DNA of 62,271 nt, filler included, from Platydemus manokwari (Eukaryota), in assembly GCA_037951405.1 (NCBI GenBank). It is 6 parts of 6 records of this genome, joined end to end, with 100 filler letters (N's around TTAATTAATTAA, not from the genome) between each part and the next. Parts side by side here need not be neighbours in the genome. Positions count along the whole stretch, not along the records: positions 53,433 to 62,271 come from JBBMOY011341649.1; 5 more parts are not named here. The stretch is one strand, 5' to 3'. Positions 54,961 through 62,271 of this stretch are shown here, one piece after another; position 1 is the stretch's first letter, and the number at the start of each line of letters is the position of its first letter. The translations under genes and the position numbers were made by a program. Under the pieces are notes generated by a model that was given only the letters and a program-made list of their open reading frames with translations, searched no databases and was not told the origin of the DNA.

Positions 54961-55192
54961 GCACATACTTAAAGACTAATCGGACTATTATGAATCACTT
55001 ATTGGACTACATTACGAACGTGTAAAAAAATATTAATAATCGATTTACTTTTTACAGTCGAAAAAAATCCAAAGAAAATTAAAGTCGCTTTTATTAAAGT
55101 GCTTTTGGATTATAATTATAGTTGTATACACATATTATATAAATTCATTTGTTATCTACATAAATCAATACATATTATCAATTATAATAACA

Positions 55193-56491
55193 ATGAAAAT
55201 CATCAATATTTTGTCTATGCTTTGGAAATATTTTAATGAAATAATATTAAGTCAATGCGACGTGAAAAATAATTATCCAATATGTGAGCCTTGTAAGCAG
55301 AAAGTGTCGAAAAGATTCTTGACAAATAATTCTTCAACTCCTCCAATTAAAATTCGAAAATTAAATACCGTTGAAATCACAAATTCCTCAATGAATAACA
55401 ATGAATTAAAGACATTTATTTCATCAATTATCAAATATTTTAAATGTTCCAAATGTAAACTTTACGGAAAATCTTTTAAACAATGTTATATGGGTCACAT
55501 ATTTTGTCTTAATTGTATCAACGATCAAGGAGTTTACTGTGCGGACTGTAATGTTTTAGTGAAAACAAGTGATTTATCTCTTTGTATAATCCCTACCAAT
55601 GTTCAATCATGGATGAAATCCGATTGCCCTCTATGTCACAAAGAATATTTCCAAAATTATCTGGAGATACATCAAAACACAAACTGTCCAAATCGAAAAA
55701 CGATTTGCGATTTTTCCATTTTTGGCTGCACATGGTCAGGAACAGCAAATGAACAGACTCATCACAAAGACGAATGCCAATTTAAAAATCTCGAAGTGAA
55801 AAATGGTTTCGAAAATTATCAAAAGCATCTAGCTAATTTAAAAATATTGTATTCACCAGAGAATTATTTGCTAAGAGATTTAATCTTGAAAATCACCCTC
55901 CAAGAAAATGGATTGCGTGTAATCGTTAAAGAAACCTTGTTAACTAAAACCGAGATTTCTTATCTGACAAACTCAATTCAAGTAATTAAACACCAGAGCC
56001 CCATGATTGAATTACCTTTCAGTTGCTGCGAAGCTCACGGATTTTATTTAGAATTTATAATTGTTAACGACACCATTAAAAAAACACTAAAATTTCGTTA
56101 CACCTTAAAATCCGAAAGTACAACCAATGTAAATTTAAATTTTTGTTTATTAAATTTCAAATCTGATCTAATGGAAGAAGAATTAATATTCACAGACAAA
56201 TTTCATGGGCACCATTTTCAACAAGGTAACGAAGAATCGATTGCTTATGACATCAAAATATGTCACAATGATTATGTACCTGTAACTAATCATATCGTTG
56301 ATGCTAAACAAATCAGTTTTACTTTATGCACGCTGGCTAGATTTTTAAATAGATCTGTGACTAATCACGATGATTCGCATTCAACAGACATTGATAATTT
56401 TTATTCTTTATTAATCTTTTATTATTACTGTTTCACCAATCCAATATTAAGATTATTATTATCAATTTTTGGAATCAACGTGCATTTTTAA
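55193..56491 (+). CDS. RING (SINA-type) and TRAF-type zinc-finger protein, CYHR1/ZFTRAF1-like, 432-aa single ORF
   Basis: CSKC..QCYMGHIFCLNC..CADC (RING); CPLC..HQNTNCPNRKTICDFSIFGCTWSG..HKDEC (TRAF-type zinc finger); C-terminal KKTLKFRYTLKS..NFCLL..HF..NEE..DAKQISFTL resembles the CYHR1 C-terminal domain. Exact start and end are uncertain. Confidence 0.8.
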   Translation: MKIINILSMLWKYFNEIILSQCDVKNNYPICEPCKQKVSKRFLTNNSSTPPIKIRKLNTVEITNSSMNNNELKTFISSIIKYFKCSKCKLYGKSFKQCYMGHIFCLNCINDQGVYCADCNVLVKTSDLSLCIIPTNVQSWMKSDCPLCHKEYFQNYLEIHQNTNCPNRKTICDFSIFGCTWSGTANEQTHHKDECQFKNLEVKNGFENYQKHLANLKILYSPENYLLRDLILKITLQENGLRVIVKETLLTKTEISYLTNSIQVIKHQSPMIELPFSCCEAHGFYLEFIIVNDTIKKTLKFRYTLKSESTTNVNLNFCLLNFKSDLMEEELIFTDKFHGHHFQQGNEESIAYDIKICHNDYVPVTNHIVDAKQISFTLCTLARFLNRSVTNHDDSHSTDIDNFYSLLIFYYYCFTNPILRLLLSIFGINVHF

Positions 56492-58958
56492 TCATTTTAA
56501 TTTCATTATTAATATTGATTCCGGCTTTCATTATAATAATAATTTCTTTATGGGCTACAATTATTTGAAGTCTGAACTGGTTACTGCTAAAGCGAAAGGT
56601 TCAGTTTGAAAGGCATTTACAGGGTAATAACAATTCATTAAAATCTCAATATCTTTCAATATGGATAAAGAAATATTGAAGAGATTAGATTTTAATATTT
56701 TTAACTTGGAAATTTATTTTCTTTATTAGATGATTTTAAACAATTGATTTCAAGACAATGTCCTGATTTGATTTCGAACTATCATGTGAGCTCCGATAGG
56801 ACATTAAAGACGAAACAAGCCTAAATCATGGTATGTATCATTTACCTTTTAAATATGATATAACTATCATTATTAAGCTATGTTTTGCAGTATTAATGTG
56901 AGGATTTTTAAATCAATAATTAATTAAATGATCATTTTAAATAATAAAAATATTTATATTAAATCAATATCATTCGTTTGAATATTTTTGATAAAATAGA
57001 TTAGTTGGTTTGACTTTTTAAACATTTTCCTGTTCGTAATTTAGCAAATACCATCAGCTAACAATTAACATTGTCATTGTGAGGTTTTTTTAATACGATA
57101 AATAATAAAAATTTGCATAAAATTAAAATTATTAAAAATTGTACCAAAAGATATTTTTAAAAATGTTGATATTTATCAAATGATCTGGCTTAAAAATGCT
57201 GTTAAACTCTCAGTTTTAAAATTAGTAAACATAAATTTTAAATCTTTTTTTAAAAAAAAAGATGTAATATAAAAATGGGGGAATTTTTATATTTGGATTA
57301 AAAATGAAGACAAATCTGATGGAAATAATTTTAAATTTAATATTTTAAATTTTTTCGAAAATTGGTGTATTGACTAATATACTTTTGTTATGTTGTAGAC
57401 ATGACTTTTGATTTAAATATCAAGAATGAAGAAATTTTGTCAACTAACAGTCATTATTATTTTTAATACTTATAAATATTTTAATTATTTTTATTCATAT
57501 ATTATTAATATGAATATTTTTATATATTCTCATAATATTTTTAGTTCTTTTTATTTTTATGATTATGTTTTTATTACTAATCATCAATTAGTTTTTTATA
57601 TTTCAAAATTATTATTATTAACGATAATAGTTATTATATATTATGATATAATTTTACTATATTTAATTCGTTCACATCTCGCATTGAACCCTCCATGTTT
57701 CATTTTATAAAGACTTCTACTTTCAGATTTTATTCCCAAAATATCCACATTTTCATTAATAAAAGAACCAATTCGCTTCTGATCAAATCAAGAACATACC
57801 TTTCTTCACGACCCTTTATCAATATTGTGGAGTGCGTGGCAGCTTTAATTTGTGATATTCAAGTTCATTTTAAGAATTCAATGATCAGGAAATCTTCAAA
57901 TATCAATATTCTTAGGAGACAGTATCACTTCAAGTTGATACAAATCACCAAATTAAAGAAGGAATTAACTTTCGATTAACAATCGATTGGCATTCCTTAA
58001 AAATCTTCAAAAAGTCTAACTGTTTCGCGACAACTTCATAATTTATAAAAATTGTTTGACGTCGTGACATGGTTTAAACTGAAGAGACGTACACAAATAA
58101 AACAAATAATAATCACAGGTATTGGAATTTGTAAAATGAGTAGAATTTATTCCGATAAAACGAATGTCATTTTTAAATATTCAATGAATTTCTGAAGATT
58201 TTCCTTGGGAAGTGCAGTGTTGGACATTCTATTAAGCAACATTATTAATACATTTAACTAAAAATATCGTCATATTTTTTTGAAAGAAAATATAATATTA
58301 TTATTTGTTGTCCATAAATTCCACCATTATTTGTCAGAAATCTAACGACAATGAACATCAAATATGTCATATAGTCTAATAAATAATAACTGCATCAAAA
58401 ATCGCAATGTGTTCATTGAAAGCGGTAAAACAAATCATCAATAAATTCAAATAGTAACACAGACAGATTATTAAAGATAATCACAATCGGCTAAACAATC
58501 TTTATATATTCTTTTATTATTGAAGTTATTCGGTTATCTATTATACCAGAAAAACGAAATCATTTTATTGAAATAAATGGAATTATTTAATAGTTATGAA
58601 AATAAAAAATAATTATTAAATCTATAATAATAATAATAATAATAACTCACTGTTATTATAAATATATTGGAATAGAACATGGAATCTTCAAATCGATTGT
58701 TTTTGTTTGATGAGAATAAGAATATTTTTATCAAATAACAGTGTTATCCGTTCCACATCGAATTAGTTACAACGCTAAGCCGAGAAAAATATATTTATAT
58801 ATATATGAAATCATTCAAAGTTTAATAACAGGCATGCCAATTATCAAACTGACCAATCAGAGACATCGATCGTTTATTTATTATATTAATCCATGGAGAC
58901 GTAAATTCATATAGACTGTAAAATTCGAAAATATTTTTCATTTGAGTTTTTGACTACT

Positions 58959-59516
58959 GTTAAAAAAAGGGTCCCAAAATGAAATTTTTAATTTGTTGAG
59001 TGTATTTCAAAATTCTATATAGTTTATTTAATTATATTCTTTAAAAACATGTTGAATATTTTATTTAAGTACTTAAGAATTTTAGATGTTTGAAATCAAA
59101 TATTAAATACACTAGAGCTTAAAAATTGCGTAAAATTTGATTATTTGAAAAATTGAAAAAAGTAGGTCGAATGCAATTTATTGAAGATTAACGAGGAACA
59201 CTTTTTTTAACATTAGAAGCAAATTGAGAGAGGCAATGATATTATTAAACATATCTGTAATTAACTAACTCGATTTATAATTATAAAAATTTAAATTTAA
59301 AAACTCAAATAACCATATAGAAGTGTTATGATTATAATGGGAATTTGGTTTTAAAACTATGTTTTGTCACTATTAGTTATCTTAAAAAATGAGATATTAA
59401 CTGAATTATACTAATAAATCAAACAAGAAGTTATATAAAATTAAGTTATAAAATTATCTCATCCACGAAAGATCATTATACGAAAATAGGTCAAAGTGCC
59501 CTTTTTCTTAACTTAA
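58959..59516 (-). mobile_element. ~550-bp TIR element, copy 4 (inverted)
   Basis: Ends GTTAAAAAAAGGGTCCC / GTGCCCTTTTTCTTAAC; the body is the reverse complement of copies 1 and 2 (e.g. AACATTAGAAGCAAATTGAGAGA, AAGTAGGTCGAATGCAATTTATT). Confidence 0.8.
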
Positions 59517-61382
59517 ACCTAGAATTACTTCATTTTTTAAAGCGAAATCTGTGTGTTAAGTTGATCTGAAAATTTTGGTTGGTGAATTTATGATTTTCAA
59601 ATCACATTGGCTTGTGGAGATGTTTGTAGCATTGTGTATGAATCCATCATACAACAAAGTAGATCCAATTGGCAATTGTAAATTTCGAGATTTTTGGCAA
59701 TTTTTCTCAATGATTTTTCAATTTTATTTGTCGAAAATCCGAGAAGGAAATGTTTGGTATTGATAATTTTTTCAATATGGAAATTTATTCATAACGGTCA
59801 GTGTAAAGTTTAAAAAAATGACAAATTTTTATCAATTACCGTAGCGGGTATTGTGCTGATTTTATTTATGAGTGACTTCAACCAGATATAACTTCTATTT
59901 TATTTATATAGATTATATTATGGAATTTAATAAAAATTTGGAAATATATTATTATATCACGAGAGCTTCTACTTGTATCATATTTTTTATTCTTTGTTGG
60001 CTCTTTTGTCGATTAATAATCTCCGTCATCGAAAATTTCAGAGTCTCCATTCAGTGACGTTATTGGTTTTTAAATCGGTCATCAACTTTGTAAGACTCGC
60101 TTGGTATTTAGAAACAGAATAATTGTCGGTTTGATTTGATCCCGGAATTCTTCAGCCATTTTTTTAATTTACTTGAGCTGACATAGAATTCCTAAATATG
60201 CCTGGAATTGTGCAATTTTTTCTTATTTGATTATCTTTGAGTTCATTGGGATAGCTTGAGCATTTTTCCTTATCAACTTCGAATAATGTAGAACATTTCT
60301 TATGCTAGTAAATAACATGTTTATCATTTTATCGATTTGATATTTGATATTTTGTGGAGAAGATCTTCTTTTCTATTTGTCTGAAGATTGATCTGTGTTT
60401 TTGAAGTTGAGATTTGACATTTTATGTTGGCTTGGATTACCATATTCGGTATATCATCATGTGATTATGCATTAGCATTTGGTAACCAGGTAGGCTTCTA
60501 TTTCATTTTCGATTCCACATTTCCTGCAGAATCCTAGATTTGAGTCCAAGCTATCGTTAACTTGCAGCTTGTAAGTTCTGCATATATTAATGAAGTAGAA
60601 TTTATATCTTATATTTAATTTTTAATATACTTGTTGTAATATATATTTATCAAATAAAAGATGATATCCTTTATGATCAGCTTTTCTTTACAGTTTAAGC
60701 CGTACTTGTCTGGACGTATTAAATAAATCATCACATGCCAATGCATTTTTGAATGAGTTAAAAGTGATAATTAAAAATGTATTTATTCCATTATGATTAT
60801 GTCTCGGAGCTTGGACAAGTTAAAGTAAATCCTGAATTGGTTTTCATTTACCAACCTATACCGATTGTACAAACTTATTCACGGTCTATTTAAAGACATT
60901 TAAAATTTCCACTGAGTAAAAATTTAAAAGAATTCGTCAATCCAAATTTAATTTCTTCGTAATAATCAAATAAAGTATTCCCTGATAATTCAATGAATCA
61001 TTCGGATATCTTGTGGAGAACCGCTTCAAGAAATATATCCCGATGACAGGCATAACTTAATAAATATAATGACTCATTCTTTATTATTTTATTGTGTCTT
61101 TCTCCGATGGATTTGCTTAATTATAGTTTCTTCTTTTTGTTACTTGTATTCGTGGCTAAAATTCGATTTATATTTGCTTTCAATTTCTCTGAACTAGTTC
61201 TGTTATTTACGCATTATGAGAATTTTTAAATGAATTAAAATTATATTCCTAATATATATATTAAATGTATTGTTTTGTTTAAATTATTTGATTTAATATA
61301 TTTTTATGTGATTTGACTTTTCGATTCGATTTCAATGCGTGCTTTATAAAATAGTAGCGACTTACATACATAATGACAAATA

Positions 61383-61630
61383 GCCATGCATTAAATAAAA
61401 ATAATATCCATGCATTAAATAAAATAAATTACCGTGCATTAAATTCGCAGAGAAATTCTCTCTGCTTTAGTGGAATTAATTTCAGAGAATTTCTCACTGC
61501 CATGATAAATCATAGTGCATTAAACATATATGCACGGCATTAAATTAAATTTACAGAGAATATCTGTGAATGACTCGCTGCTGCCTATATAAGGCGGTGA
61601 CTGTAATCATGAAAGCCCACAATAAAGGAC
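61383..61630 (+). promoter_or_regulatory. Clustered short repeats followed by a TATA box (LTR U3-like or promoter)
   Basis: GCATTAAA x5 and CAGAGAA x3 (two in near-palindromes), then CCTATATAAGG at ~61584-61594 and AATAAA at 61621. Confidence 0.35.
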
Positions 61631-62271
61631 ACAATATAAGGGCACGATATACGAGAACACCAGAACATAATAGGCAGATTTTTTATAAGAACCTGAACGT
61701 AACATCGATGATTCATTGCCGGGACGGGGATTAGGATATGTCCAGTATTTTCTACTGGAAGAACAAACAATAAGATAATACATTTAAAATCACATATTCA
61801 ATTATATATAACGCATATTCTTCCTGTTTTATCTAGCCGAGCTCGAAAAAACCTCTGAAGAAACGGATACCGACCTAAAAGAACGAAGGGTAACTGTTTT
61901 GTTCAACACCTGCTTCCCTGAATTGTATATAAAAGTAGTAGTAAAATCATTTGAATATTGTGTTCATTGTTAATAATTGTATACAGTATAGTATAAGTAG
62001 TGATTTATAACCTCATGATTGTATAGAAGAAATAATTTGTGTATAATTATAATTAATAAAAAATCATTGTAATACACACATTGAATTGGTTTTAAATCTG
62101 CCAGTAGGCCTAAGACATTACAATTTCATGATATTTAATTCATTTGTCATTCATCACCTTTTTAAAGTTACTCTGGTCCATTATTAAGTGAGACTGATAG
62201 TAAGAATCAATAACATAAAAAATCAATATCATAAATAGGACAATAATAAAGGCAATTTTCAAAAATAAAAT

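Noticed and set aside
60050-60560. Possible non-LTR RT remnant on the minus strand (HDDI, KWLKNSGI)
   Set aside because: Motif spacing is inconsistent with RT; evidence is insufficient.

Overview
Very AT-rich eukaryotic scaffold with ~46-57 nt introns and (AAT)n microsatellites. This looks flatworm/planarian-like, but the host is an inference. Only two host genes are recognisable: a complete four-exon Rab27 gene (19061-19879, +) and a single-ORF RING/TRAF-zinc-finger CYHR1/ZFTRAF1-like gene (55193-56491, +). The rest is decayed mobile DNA: NeSL-type non-LTR copies with RLE endonuclease and Ulp1 protease, several Ty3/Gypsy pol remnants, LTR-like segments, piggyBac and Tc1/mariner-type miniature elements, and a ~550-bp TIR family present 4-5 times. 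The most notable region is a minus-strand Ty3/Gypsy cluster at ~43.9-55 kb carrying two different envelope-like cargoes. One is a near-complete but frameshifted chuvirus-like glycoprotein (52349->50584), preceded in frame by an AT-hook/coiled-coil segment. The other is an unrelated signal-peptide plus transmembrane ORF in frame with the downstream integrase. Five 100-bp N44-TTAATTAATTAA-N44 spacers are assembly linkers, and one of them interrupts this cluster.
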